Shown: one piece after another, positions 1-12,308 of the stretch | Position numbering within the stretch: the stretch's first letter is position 1 | How the letters are laid out: the number at the start of each line of letters is the position of its first letter | NCBI GenBank assembly: GCA_009103225.1 | Contig: RHPI01002069.1 | Location: forward strand, 134,739-198,738 | From: Chlorokybus atmophyticus | Lineage: Eukaryota; Plantae; Mesostigma and Chlorokybus algae | Length of the DNA stretch: 64,000 nucleotides | Direction: 5' to 3' | Position numbers and translations under genes: made by a program | Notes under the pieces: model-generated | Databases searched by the model: none | Told to the model about the DNA's origin: nothing | Seen by the model: only the letters and a program-made list of their open reading frames with translations

Positions 1-2875
1 GGCCAGACTTATGCAATGCTGTTAAACTGGTATGCATAGATTGGCGGGGGTTTGACAAAATACTGATTTCATATTTTGCGGCGCCTCTCACAAAGATTTT
101 GTGGCATTACGGTATACGTAACACTAAGACTCTTCCCACAAGAAACGGTTGAAGCCTTGTGTACAAGCGTGCGTGCACACATAAGGGCTATGCAAGCATG
201 CAAGGCGGTGTCTTGTACACCTTGTGTTATGATGTAACTCTATGACATGAATACGACAAGCCGTAAGTGGCATACCGCATAAGCGTTGAGACTCGGGGTG
301 ATGTATGTGACGCCATCACGTGTGGTCATATGTGCTTATCCAAATTCTCTTTACTATCCCAAATTCACACTATTGTTAAATGTCTCATAAGACTCATGAG
401 CACATTGATTATTACATATAAGTAGGACCATTCATGTGAATGGTAATTGATGTGATTTGACTGTGTAATCAATGGTACACACGCTAATGACACGTACACA
501 TCAATTTTGTTCTTTCGTTAATGTTGTAAAACAATAGCCCAGTATATTTGCGAGATCACAATTTTGGACATATGACGTCAAAATCGAAACGACCGTTTGC
601 TTGGGTGCAAGTACTGTGCCAATAGTGTTCATTGCAACGTATATAGGTTGCAAGCGATCACGTACCGGTATATATTCAAAGTGTATTATACTTCAAGAAG
701 TAAGATTAGCAAGAAATGCCTAAATATACGTACCGAAAATTTATGCATATGCATGCATTCACCATGAATTGTCAGCACGATGCATTCGTCACCATATTCA
801 AGTTGCTCAATGTAAAAGCACAATTTACAAGATGATTCTGATTTTCGGCTGCAGTTGCCGAGCCGCGTTATTACTTGATACCCTGTATGTAGCATTTAAA
901 TCACTTCTTATATATATGTTGTATATAAGTGTGTTAACAAATTACATATATATGCAAGTTACCTTTGATACATAAAGTGTAATTATTGTATAATATAAGT
1001 CATGTACATAAACATTATGATTGTACATATATGAGATGGGGCATGTATCCGACATGTGGCTCCCCATATAGCGGCGACTTTAACTATCATAGCCCATAAT
1101 GGTTAAGGCGTTGATGTTGTAGTATTATTTGTGCGATTGACATACATAATGCATAATGATAACATTACGCTACATACTACCCTTACTGTAAATTATATTA
1201 CACATAGCAATTACAATCGTGTACATAAAGCGATTAAATAAGTTTGGGTGTCATTGTGCATAGTACATGACAACTGATGATGTACGCACATTATAAACGT
1301 TTTTGCTTACAATTGCTATTAAGCGATTTTGTATTTGTTGGTGTGCACCACAAGCATGCGTTGCCCACACATACAATAATTATATTGCTAATGAATATAT
1401 GCACCTCGCGACTCTGCTATTATGAATGAGTTCAAAGTAGTAATCAGTACGACTATTAGCGATGTTGAAAATCGTCAGTTAAATAAAAACACTTGAATCT
1501 ACTCGTGGCATCTGTTGGCTATAGCTGCGATGCTGAACTCGCTTGAATCTGATTGTAACAACAAATGGCTTAGACATGTAATGCAATACAAACAATTGAT
1601 GCGCGACATGCACTGTCATGCGCCCAGCATTAACATAACACTAAATTATTGATTTGTCATCAACACTAACACCATACAGCGTCAAGCGTAACGTATGGCA
1701 TTCAACTCTAATGTGTATGAAAGCCTTTAGGTTGGTGTTTCCAATCGGTAACAAGCCACTACTAAAGAAACCCGCGAGGCATGGTAGCAAGCACATCATC
1801 AAGACGCAGCAGCAATAGCAGTAGTTAGATACGAATGTAGCGAGTAATTTAATTGGTTTCGTTTTAACCCATGTTTTTAGAGTTGAGTTACATGGCGAGA
1901 AATCAAGCTTAGCGTGCTATCCAAAGTGCATAGCAACAATTGGAGTTTACATTTATTGGGCTCTGCGCTCTGCAATGAGGTTGATGTAACTTTAAGCAGC
2001 TGGGAAAGGCTTCACCTCAGATTCCTCTCGCAAGAAGACGCTGAAGCCAACCATGCTGTAACAATGTACAAATAATGCGGACAGCATAGGGTATAACAGA
2101 GGGGCCACAAGCAAACAAGCAGACACACAACAACCAAAGCAATATAGACCACCACAAGGCACATACAACTAGCTAGCTATGGGGCTAGACCTATGTGCAT
2201 GCAAGGCAGGCAGTGAGGCAGGCAGTACGCAGGCAGTAGCAGCTATGATAGCCCTGCCAAACTACCTGCACAAGGTAGGAGGCAGGCAAAGGCTTGGGTG
2301 AGGCAGTGTGACACTGGACGGCAAGGATGACAAGGACGACGACGAGCATATGTGTATAATAAATAGAATGCAAGGATTGTGGCATGCATGAGAGTGTGAC
2401 ACACACATGCATGAGCAGTCTACTCACCACATTATGAAGCACTCTCATAAACCACCTGGCTACTAACCTAGCTGCTACCTACCTTCTCTACTGCCCATAC
2501 CCATTAGACATGCATGCATGCATGCATGCGTGCGTCATCACCTGCACATGCGCCTTGGTGTGCACATGCGCAGACCTGTATGGTGTGCATGAATTGTTGT
2601 GCGACATCATTGTTACATGTTCAACAAACAATACATGCACACACTCAAACTCGCAGACTCATGGATGGTTAGCCTATTCTGCTGCGGAGGCTATCCGTGA
2701 TGCATCAAACAATGCAGCACCATAAGCATGATAGATATACTGTGCAGCTAAAGTGTTTGTGCTTCTACGACAACTGTATGCTGTACATATACACAAATGT
2801 GTGTCTATCAAAAACCAACAACACAATACGCAATGATACTACATCGAATCTGAAAGAATTGATGTTTGATAGAGT

Positions 2876-4667
2876 CTATCCTTGCTCGGCGTCATGCGGT
2901 TCATCCTCCTCTCTCTCAACTTGAGAATAAGAGTAAATGCTCTCTCTCTTGTTCCTTGGAACAACATCATCACGCGGCGCCTTGCGATCGGCAGAGTACA
3001 ACACGTAATGTTGAATGATAAAAAGTACGTCGAATAAAGCCGTTTCCTGTACAGCATGACAACGACAGCAGTCATGTACGCAGACATATGTATGCGCTCA
3101 GTTGGATGGCAACTCTAAGCATGCGTATGTATGGTAACAGGTAAAGAAGGGAGGGAGATGCTGCTACTCACCACAGAAAGCCCCACTTTGCCTACGTTGC
3201 CAGCAAAGCTTGCAAAGGAGCCTGCAATGACACAACATGAAAAGATTGCTGATCAAGATGTGCCAACAACTGCATAAGAAATCAACAGTAGTAACTGTGT
3301 TGCCATGTGACCGCCACAGTGAACATGCAGCATAACAGCCATACCTTGATCAATGCACAGCACAAACAGCTGCGTGAAGTTGAACACCGCCCCCGTGAGG
3401 TCCAGAAGGATGTTTCCTATCGACCAGCCAATGGTGCTCTTTCGTGCGTAGTTCATGTAAGCCTGTGCATCGATTTCAAGCTTACAACCACTGATATAAA
3501 CAGAAACTCGAGCTACAATAACTTCAAGTAACACAATGTGTACCTGAGGTGCGTACTTGATGGCCGTCATGAACAGCTGCAGGTAGCTGCCAAGGGCATG
3601 CAACGTGGTCATTTATTCATGCACGCAAGATCGTTATCACAAATACGAATCACTGCATGTGGTGCTTACTTACTTGGCGGTGTTTACAGCCCAAAGCCAG
3701 CGATCAAACACGACGGCCTGCACAAGCGCGAAACCCAAGAGCGCCCACGCGCACGCGCTGATGGCGCCGGCTACACGAGACACGCGCTGGCTCCCTCTCT
3801 GTGATTTTGATCATGAGGCTGCAGCCATCGAGAGAGACACATGCACTCATATGTGTGTCACTCTGTGTATGCGCTCAGACCTGCATGCAGGCGTATACCC
3901 ATGCGCACACATGCACACGAGCACAAACACGCCAATAACCGCGCACGTGATGTGCACGTGTGTATACACGTACACATTACACAATACGTGCGCAGACAGC
4001 AACACCCTTGATACAATAACACACCACGCACGCAGCAATCGGTGTCACTCCACCTCGTAAATGAGCACTTGGAACAGCGTGAATGTCACCAACGCCACCG
4101 CATGCGAAGAGAACGCAACGTCGCTTGCCGACACCGGGATGGGCTTCGCAACACCAGCGTGTCAAACAAGCAATCACACAACGAATGTAATACAAAGTGC
4201 GTGTGCGTGTGCATTTGCATTGCATGCGTGCGTGTGCGTGCAAAGCCGTGAATGCGGCCATACCGCATGCGGTCCGAACTTTTGTCTGTACTGCCTCTGC
4301 ACTTGCGGGACGGCCAGCATGCCCACGTTGAACAGGAAGTAGGAAGCATGCTTGGTGAAGTTGAACACCGCAAAGTCGAAGTTGAAACCAACCACACTGC
4401 AGACACAAACACACAGTGACGCAATTGACACCAACAACACCAACCATGCAGCAACAGCAACCACAGCATTGAGCAACAACAGTGACAACCACAGCAGTAA
4501 CGTTTTCAACTCTCATGCCTTTTGCGTCGGTGGTTGAGTATGGCCTGCGGGTAGAACGACACGGACCAGGCGGCGAAGCCCGCCCACCCGCACGCCTCGT
4601 ACGCCGCCTGCGCCCACACAGACGACCAACCCCACGCCGCCTCCACCGCCGCCGCAGGCGAGCCCAT
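2876..4667 (-). CDS. CTNS: Cystinosin-like PQ-loop lysosomal/vacuolar cystine transporter (8 exons)
   Basis: Spliced translation gives [54 protein letters not shown] and LFDVLFIIQHYVLY, the two PQ-loop signatures of cystinosin. ATG at 4667, stop at 2876-2878. Confidence 0.93.
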
Positions 4668-4792
4668 CAACCCCTACCCTGGCCTGGTAAATAGCGGCCT
4701 GGTCCGACCCTTGGCGTGGCAGACTTAGGCTGGCCTGGTCTGGTGTGGCCTGGCCTGGCCTGGCTGAGATAGCCACAGCCTAGCCAACCGGC
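4668..4792. promoter_or_regulatory. 125-bp bidirectional promoter/5' UTR region with GGCCT(G) pentamer repeats
   Basis: Lies between divergent ATGs at 4667(-) and 4793(+). Contains ggctggcctggtctggtgtggcctggcctggcctggct. Confidence 0.6.
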
Positions 4793-5912
4793 ATGGCGGC
4801 GGCGGCGAAGCGGGCGGCGGGGGCTGTGGTCAAGGCGACCAAGGCGGCGGCAGGTGAGGCGGGGTCGTCCTCCTCGTCGTCGTCTTCGGCGCAGCGCAAC
4901 CTGTTCGAGCTGGCCAGGATGTTACCTCAGCACGGACTGGGCGCCGTGTTCTACAAGAAGGACTGGGCGGGCTTTAGGTTCAGGCCGCACTACGTCATCA
5001 CCAGGATACACCACTCACCGGTGAGTTAATACGCATCAATCAGTCAGTCGCTCAGTGCACTAACGAGGGTCAATTCTTGGTCGCTTGTTGAGCAATTGTA
5101 TTGTGTGGCATGCTCTGAATCATAGCACAGACAGAGCAATGCGTGCACTACAGCAACTCAACTCATTCGATGCGTTCACCTGGAAGGGTTGAAACACCAA
5201 CCAAAGGGTTCCAGTGATGGTGCTTTGTCCTTCGCTCCTTGTGTGTTCGTGTGCGTGTGCGTGCTCATGTGGGTGTAGTGTGATCTGCCGTAAACGAGCG
5301 GTGAGATGGTCGCCCCAACCGCGTCAAAGGACACCATGAACCCAACAATCACGGCGATAGTTGTCGCAATAGCACAGAATGGGGATCCCTGATAACGGCT
5401 ATGAACAGCAATGCAGTCACGGGATTGAACGTGCATGCGTGCGCGCGTGCATGTACGTTCAATCCGTGTTATTGCTCTTGTGTTTATGTCACAACTTGTG
5501 CAGGATGGCGCGCACGGCAAAGCGTGGGGTGTTCTCCACTGGCAAGGTGCGTGCATACCAAGCAGGGGAATGTGGGTGCAGTTTGCACTCCACCCACATT
5601 CATATATGAAATGTGGGTGGAGTTTGCACTGCATGAATTGATGTGGGTGCAGTGCAAACTGCACCCACTTTCACTTGCATCTGGCCGTCACTGCCACTAC
5701 CACGCACATGTATCATGCTTCGACATGATCATGGCGCACGTTGCATGGGTGCAGACAAAACAAGCAGTGAAACAAGGATACGCGGCACGTTGAAGCCGAT
5801 ATGGAAGTTCCGCTCACCGCCGCAGCAGTGGAAAACCCTTCCGCAACAACAACAACAACAAGAGGGCAGCTCCGTACCGGACATTGATGTGTCCCAAACT
5901 TCTACTCCCTAA
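4793..5912 (+). CDS. MRPS34: Mitochondrial ribosomal protein mS34-like (3 exons)
   Basis: Spliced product has an Ala-rich presequence, then NLFELARMLPQHGLG..YVITRI..DGAHGKAWGVLHWQG..IRGTLKPIWK, matching plant mS34 motifs as recalled. Both introns are GT-AG. Confidence 0.8.
5570..5670. repeat. Nested inverted-repeat unit inside mS34 intron 2
   Basis: Perfect 18-bp IR at 5572-5589/5651-5668 and perfect 13-bp IR at 5588-5600/5610-5622. Confidence 0.85.
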
Positions 5913-6884
5913 TCGGTGATGTTGATGTGGGGGATTCTCGTTGCGGCAGTGGATTGTTCAGCAGATTGAGGTGGGCATTGGGTTGTGGGTCAGGCGCTAG
6001 GTGTTGATGCAGCACAAGTTGGGGGAGATGAGCGGTTGCGAGTGGACGTGTATATTGACACATGTAGTAGGTCACATAGCATGGGTGCCAAGTGACAGGC
6101 GCTGCAGAGTTGAGTATTCTTAAGATGGGGTAGTGACGAGGACACTAACACAGAGAGAGGAAGACTCAGAGGCCAATGCGTTGCTGGCTAGCTCGTTGAC
6201 TGCAGACACATGCACAGAATGATTGTACACATGTGATGCAGTGTGGATGTGTCTTGCGTCAGCTATCTGTGGCAAACAGATCATGGGTTGTGGCCTACGG
6301 ATTCAACAACCCGATTATGTCTATGTACTGCTTGCTTATGCCAACGCTACTTATGATATGCAAGCCATTCACCTGAGGGATTACGGCAGCCCGAGCACAC
6401 GACTCACAGAAGAGCTATGCAAAGCATGCTCAGAAATAGGTATGCACGCGCATGCAACAGTGGAAGCCAAGGCAAAGGCAGCAATCAACTATGTGGGGGC
6501 CAACTCTCGCACTTAATCTCATTTTAGGCGCAACCCATACTAGATACTACAACACAGGCCTAGACTCGGACCCTCAGGTAGCATCATGCAGGGGCAAGCA
6601 GGAGATGACAGCAGCAAAAGACCACCTGCACAATGCAGGGATACATGTACTAGTGGTTGTGTAACAATATCCGCACACACTACTAGTCATTAGCAACACA
6701 CACGCCACCGTACCAAATCAATCTATACAAAATAAATGCTCTATACAAAACTTGCAACAGGCGTTGCTCCTCCTCCGAACACGAGCCTCCATAGGAGCTG
6801 TCGTGTTCATCTCAGTCAGACTCACAAAGAGCCGCCAAAAACACCACCACCGCCAACAACAACAACACAACAACAACGTCATCA

Positions 6885-9800
6885 TTATTTCAGCGAGGCC
6901 CGCCATGCGGATTCGATTGCGGCGGCCATGCGTTTGCAGGCGGCAGGGTCGGCGGCGAGTGCGGAGCGCAGGCGGTGGGACAGCTCCATCTGCACGCTCG
7001 CCAGTCCAAGCGCCGCGCCCTGCTGCGACATCGTCATCCGCCCGCTGCTCTCGCCTGTTGTCAGTCAATGACATGTAAGATCATGATGTTGCTATCACAA
7101 ACAACGACTGCACTGAGCATAATGATGATGATCACAACCTCAAGCATAGTGGCATAGCAGTGGGATGAATACTTGAACAACAGCGACAGCAACGACAAGA
7201 AACACAACAACACTACTGACGATCGTTACGATTACACCAACCCTCACCTGTGTCTCCAGTGAAGCGTGGGTTGTCGTTAACAACAAACTCCACCCCTTTC
7301 GGCGTCCAGGATGCGAAGAACTCCTGCAGCCCCTGGCGCAGCCTGTCCCTCAGCCGCGCCGCGAGCTTGTCGTCCCCCATGCGGGCCAGCGCCTTGGTGC
7401 CGAGGTCGCAGTCGGACGGGTCCATGCGCGCCGTCGCGCCGGGGTCCATGCGACCGTGAAGGTCGACGTGCAGGACTCTGAATGGAACGGAAGCATGAGA
7501 GCTGGGGAGCGATCATGCACAATCTGGGGGTAAATTCCCGCATATGCGCGCAAATGCCCGAGTTTGCATGAGTTATGCAAGCAAGTGCATGCTTGTGCAC
7601 AACTGTGGACGTGTGCACGAGCGTGCTTATGTGCGTTTGAGCGCGTCCACATACAGCTGTTGTGAACATAGAAACGTACACAAACTCTGTGTAGCCAATA
7701 ATGCGCGCAAGCGCGCACCACCGATCGAGTCCTATACCTGCTTTGCCCAGGTTTGCAGTTGTGTTGGCTCGCGAGGCGGGAGAGCACCAGGTTGAAAGGG
7801 GACGCCTGAGCTTCTTCACAAGTCAGGTAGTTAGGGTCCCTGTTGGAAGGGTCGGGATCGTCAAGCAGCACCGACTTGATCACTTCGGTCGGCGCCCATA
7901 CGACGTGGCTGCCCTTTACCGCTTCTGCAAACCTGATGTTGTAACATGAATTGGGTGAGCAGCGCACTTAACATCATGGCGCACGAGATATGCACGTGTG
8001 TTGCTAAAAGCTGGAGTCTGTTAACACATGGCTTGATGTGCAGATTTGATCCAGTGTGCATTCAAGTAAGCGTGTGCATTAACATACTTTATGAGCAGAA
8101 GATGCATGCGCAGGTATACATATACATATACTGACAAACTTACATGCATACACATGCACATATGCGCGGCGACGCACTACAATCAGGCACATGTAATGCG
8201 GTCACTTTGATATGTGTCTTACCTCAAGGCGAGAAGGGTGACAAAGTCCTCAGCTTTATGGTCTTTGTGCAGGTCACGCTTGAGGCTGACACCATGCGGT
8301 GCAGTGAATACCATATCCCCTCTCAACCGCACGTCCAACCGCGCAACGCGCGCAAAGTGCGCAGCATTGACGTGACGGGACAACCGCATGCAAAAGCACG
8401 AGTCCGCATCAGAGTCTTCTCCATTGCACTCAACGCAGTCCACGCTATCAATTGTGTCACTCTCGTGTGCAGCTGCCGCATCATACGGCAACCGCAGCTT
8501 TCGCAAAAGATCAGAGGTCGAGTTCACCTCAGCGGATTGCAGCAACTCCGACACCTGAAGCACGTGTGCGTGGGTGATGTGTGACTGCTTGCATGAGAAC
8601 CAACAAGCAAGTCAACTTGTATGTCTCACCTTCTCCTTGACTTGATCATCCGGGCTAACAACGCTGGCAGCCGTTGCCAAGTCAGCCTGCCTGCTGCCGC
8701 CAACCTCTCCATTCAACTGTTTAACAACCAACAGCTATTGATGGTTCAACACCAAGCATGTGACAGCTACTGACACATTTTCAAAAAGAAGCAATTATAG
8801 CTGGGGGACACCTGACTCCCTGACTCACATACACACATCATCTGCGAGCTGGTCCGCAATGGCGTGCAGCGCCTCCCGCGGGAACAGCTGCTGGACATCG
8901 CGGCCGCACTTGGCCGCGATGACGTGGTTCAGAAGGCACGGCGCGCCGCGGAAGTGGGTCGAGGAAGGGAGAGAATCATTGCGGTCGCCGACGTGGTGCC
9001 AGGAGGTGTCCACAGCGCGATACAGGTCTGAGAGCTGCGAGTACACACACACACACACACAGACTGAACCACGTGGTTTGAACAGCTGACATGTGCAAAT
9101 AACACCTCATGGGCACCTCTGCGACTGGTACTGCACTGTCTGGAGTAACTAAACTACCCTGCCTGCTGCTCGAAACATGCTACCAAGAGTATGGGAATGT
9201 CTCTCAAGTCAATGTCTTATGTTCAACTCGAAACATGAATAGTGCAACTATTTTCTGTAGCTCTACAATGGTGCTTGAGACTGATCTTTCAATGCAGTCA
9301 TATCAATGAGGGCTGTGTCACGCAGTGTCATGCAACAGGTTGCAAGTATCGAAATGCTGTTGTCTGATTACGGAAGCTAGTGATGAGTTCAACATACTGA
9401 TAAAAAGATGTATGTTGCTGACCAGAGAGGTGACCAGACTGATAAGCAAAGTGCGTTTATCTTACTGTTGCATGCTGCAATGGGTTCATGTCAAGGAAAT
9501 GACAGTCGTGTCGTGATAATGTTTGCTGCATAGACATCATGCATTTTCCAACGTTGACACTCAAATTCTGCTCTCTCACATGTGGGACACAGAGATCAAC
9601 AACTATGCATGCATCACATCGACCTCAACATCTTGACTGAACATCTTGCATGCACTTCAGCTAAGAGCTCTGTTTCACGTTAAAGTAGAAGCTTACTGCT
9701 GATGGATCTCACACATGCATGTGGACAGCACGCAAGCCATGCACCACCACCAGACCACCAGCACCTTGCTGAGCTTGATGGCCTGCAGCGTCGACAGCCT

Positions 9801-9914
9801 CGCTTCATGCTCCGCGGGCGGGAAGTGCCGACGCACGACTGCGGTCAGCTCCGCTGGCACCGCGGACACCGTCCCCGCCCCCGCCGCCGTCCCCGCCGCC
9901 GCCGCCGCCACCAT
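6885..9914 (-). CDS. Zn-dependent hydrolase of the N-formylglutamate amidohydrolase / poly-gamma-glutamate hydrolase clan with an unknown N-terminal region (7 exons)
   Basis: GT-AG splicing joins VFTAPHG..HKAEDF..DPNY..LHVDLHG..DCDLGT..VNDNPRFTG..SVQMELSHRLR in frame. Stop TAA at 6885-6887; the start codon is uncertain. Confidence 0.7.
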
Positions 9915-10413
9915 GGCCACCCTTACCCGCTGCCACGTCAACATTAGCACACGCAAGCTTTTGATCTGATCTCATCTTGCGGGGGATGAGTGAATCAATC
10001 CGTAACCAGTCACCAATCTTCTGATTCACTGATTGACCGATGACTGATTCAGTGTTTCATTGATGCTGTGCCAGCAGCTGTGGAGAGATTTGCGCGTATC
10101 GCAGGCGTTACGCCTCTCCCGCGCAACACACGTAACCGATTGACGCTGTCAGCGCGGAAGAGGCGTATCTAAGTTACGCCCACGCACAGGCTTCGTATCT
10201 GCTCACAAAATCCTGCCCTTTGCTAGAGTTTCAGTGCAAGTAACCATTTCAGGCACAGGCGGCGAGGGTGGCGGCGGTATCGGTGGCGGTGTGCTTGCGA
10301 TATTGGTAGAGTGGTCGTCGCTGTGGTGAACTTCGACAACGTCGAGCGGTCACTGCGATTTGCTGCCCTTTCTGAGCGAAATCAAGCTCCCTTGCTGAGC
10401 AACTTCAGAAGCC

Positions 10414-10671
10414 ATGGTGCTGGGCTATATCGTCCGGTTTGCGCTTTACCTGGTGTCGCTGGCTCTAAGCTCCGTCAGCCACCTTCTCAAGTGGCGGCTT
10501 GCCTACGGCGTCCTGGCCTTCCTTGTCCTGATGGTCTACACCCGTAGCGACAGCCCCTCGCAGGTCGCCAAGAAGGATGACATGAAACCACTCATCGACA
10601 TTGGGGCGCCGACCACGAAGATGGCCACACAGCCGATGAGCCTGCCGCCAGCTGGAGAGCCACGCTTCTAG
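10414..10671 (+). CDS. Small (85 aa) putative membrane protein, unknown function
   Basis: Good start context (gccATGG), GC3-rich codons, hydrophobic segments (RLAYGVLAFLVLMVY), divergent from the hydrolase gene. No family recognised. Confidence 0.45.
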   Translation: MVLGYIVRFALYLVSLALSSVSHLLKWRLAYGVLAFLVLMVYTRSDSPSQVAKKDDMKPLIDIGAPTTKMATQPMSLPPAGEPRF

Positions 10672-12308
10672 CTTGAAACAAGCCTTAAAGCTGAGCAAAG
10701 AGAGAAAAAGAGAGGTTCGCACTGCTGCGCTGTGAGATGAAGTGGAAGATGAATCCTGTGCCAGAGCAAAGCCCAGCACAGCATATTCCCCTGAGAGCTG
10801 CATAGCACAGCATAACGCAGCACAGCAGAGCAGTTGAAACCCGCATGTAAGCTCGCGTATACACCAGTGCAGATGTTGGAGAGATCAGTTGTTGTTTGTG
10901 TGTTTGTTTGGAGTGAGGGACCACAATCTTGTTGTACAGCTGTATAGAAACACATTGTAATGTAGAGAGCGCTTCTCTGATATGTAGTTTCAGTTTGGTT
11001 TGCTTCAGATCACTTCGAATGCTGTGGTTGCGCCTTGTGTGCATTTGACTGTGTACCGGGTGCTGTATCATACATGCTCAAAACGTGTTTGCATGCGCAC
11101 TCAGTTAGTGTAGACTACTTGTACAAGACCACTGATGGTAGCAATGAGAGCACTACACAATGGCATCTGCATGCACAATTGACGCCATGTGACACGCCAC
11201 GCGCAGCTTGTGCATCTATGCGAGTCATGCAAATGAACATGCACGCATGTGCACTGCCCCAGTCTTGATGGTAGGCCACTCGGCTGTGCTTTGATGCATG
11301 CATTCTCTCATGCACGTATGCGTTTGCTTCCTTGACGTATGGTTCTACATTCCCTAGTGGCAGAACAGTATATCGAACAGGCAGTCACATGAGCACAAGT
11401 TGGTTAAGAATATCAGATCTTGTCGCCAGCCAGCACAATCTGTCAAGCATACGTAAAGTTGCACTGTACCCAAGCTGCTGTGCAAGCTCGCTTGCTACAA
11501 CAGCGACTTGGTTTTGTGCAAACCGCAGTGGCAGCTTCAGTGTACCACCTGCCAAGAAGATGTGTATGTTCGCAACCAGCTGTAATTAACATGAGTCGGT
11601 GTTATGTGGCAGAACTCCGTGCAGGGGACTGCAATACATAAGGCAGGCACAAGTGCACAGAGTGTTGCAGCTTGTGTAGATGCTTGCACGTGTGCACTTT
11701 CACTTGCATCTCTTGCTTTATAGGTAATGCAACGACTGTTTGTCATGCCATTTGAGAGTTGGTAGCGTGCAGTGCTACTCAGAAGCAACAGTCACTCCTG
11801 TTTATCGACCAATCGCAATCCCACATGGTAATGGAAGGCTGCATTGATGTCTAGCTCTGTTTGTTGTGTTTGCGTTTGTGCGCTTCTTGTAGCGTGGTTG
11901 TGCAGTAGTTGAAGATGTTGGCAAAAATGGAGCAGCTTTTGCAGTTTTCAACTGCACACCTTATAATAGCTTCACTGTGCCAGTGCACTAGTGTACACAA
12001 AGGTACCAATTTTACTCTACTCTAGCCACGCTACCACTGCAAGCCAGGGCAGAGACACTATCACTAGTCTCTGCTACTGCAACCGGCTGGCATACTGTTG
12101 TAAACTACACCTATGCAACTTGTGTTGCAGCCGGTGCTTAGGCACTCGGACCTTTCTTCAGAGGCCTCCGGGGCCTTGAACCTCCAGACAAACAGAACAA
12201 GAACAACTGGCAAGCGGGGAGGAGTAGAAGTCCCCATATGCCGACAATAGCATCAACACACTACCGAGTGAATCTTTAAAACTACAAGTACACCCTCCTC
12301 AGCCCCTG

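Noticed and set aside
686-895. Minus-strand ORF with YIEQLEYGDE...HMH, superficially like a HUH rolling-circle Rep
   Set aside because: The spacing does not fit HUH motif II, there are no other Rep or helicase motifs, and the ORF is short in stop-rich DNA.
5176-5664. 162-aa minus-strand ORF with a hydrophobic stretch
   Set aside because: It lies antisense across mS34 introns and an exon, with no family motif or splice support.
6223-6516. 97-aa ORF downstream of mS34
   Set aside because: No motif, no linkable exons and intergenic-like composition.
11380-11600. Open minus-strand frame (GTLKLPLRFAQNQ...) as a possible extra exon
   Set aside because: It cannot be joined to the upstream gene, which already ends at 12309, and I recognise no homology.
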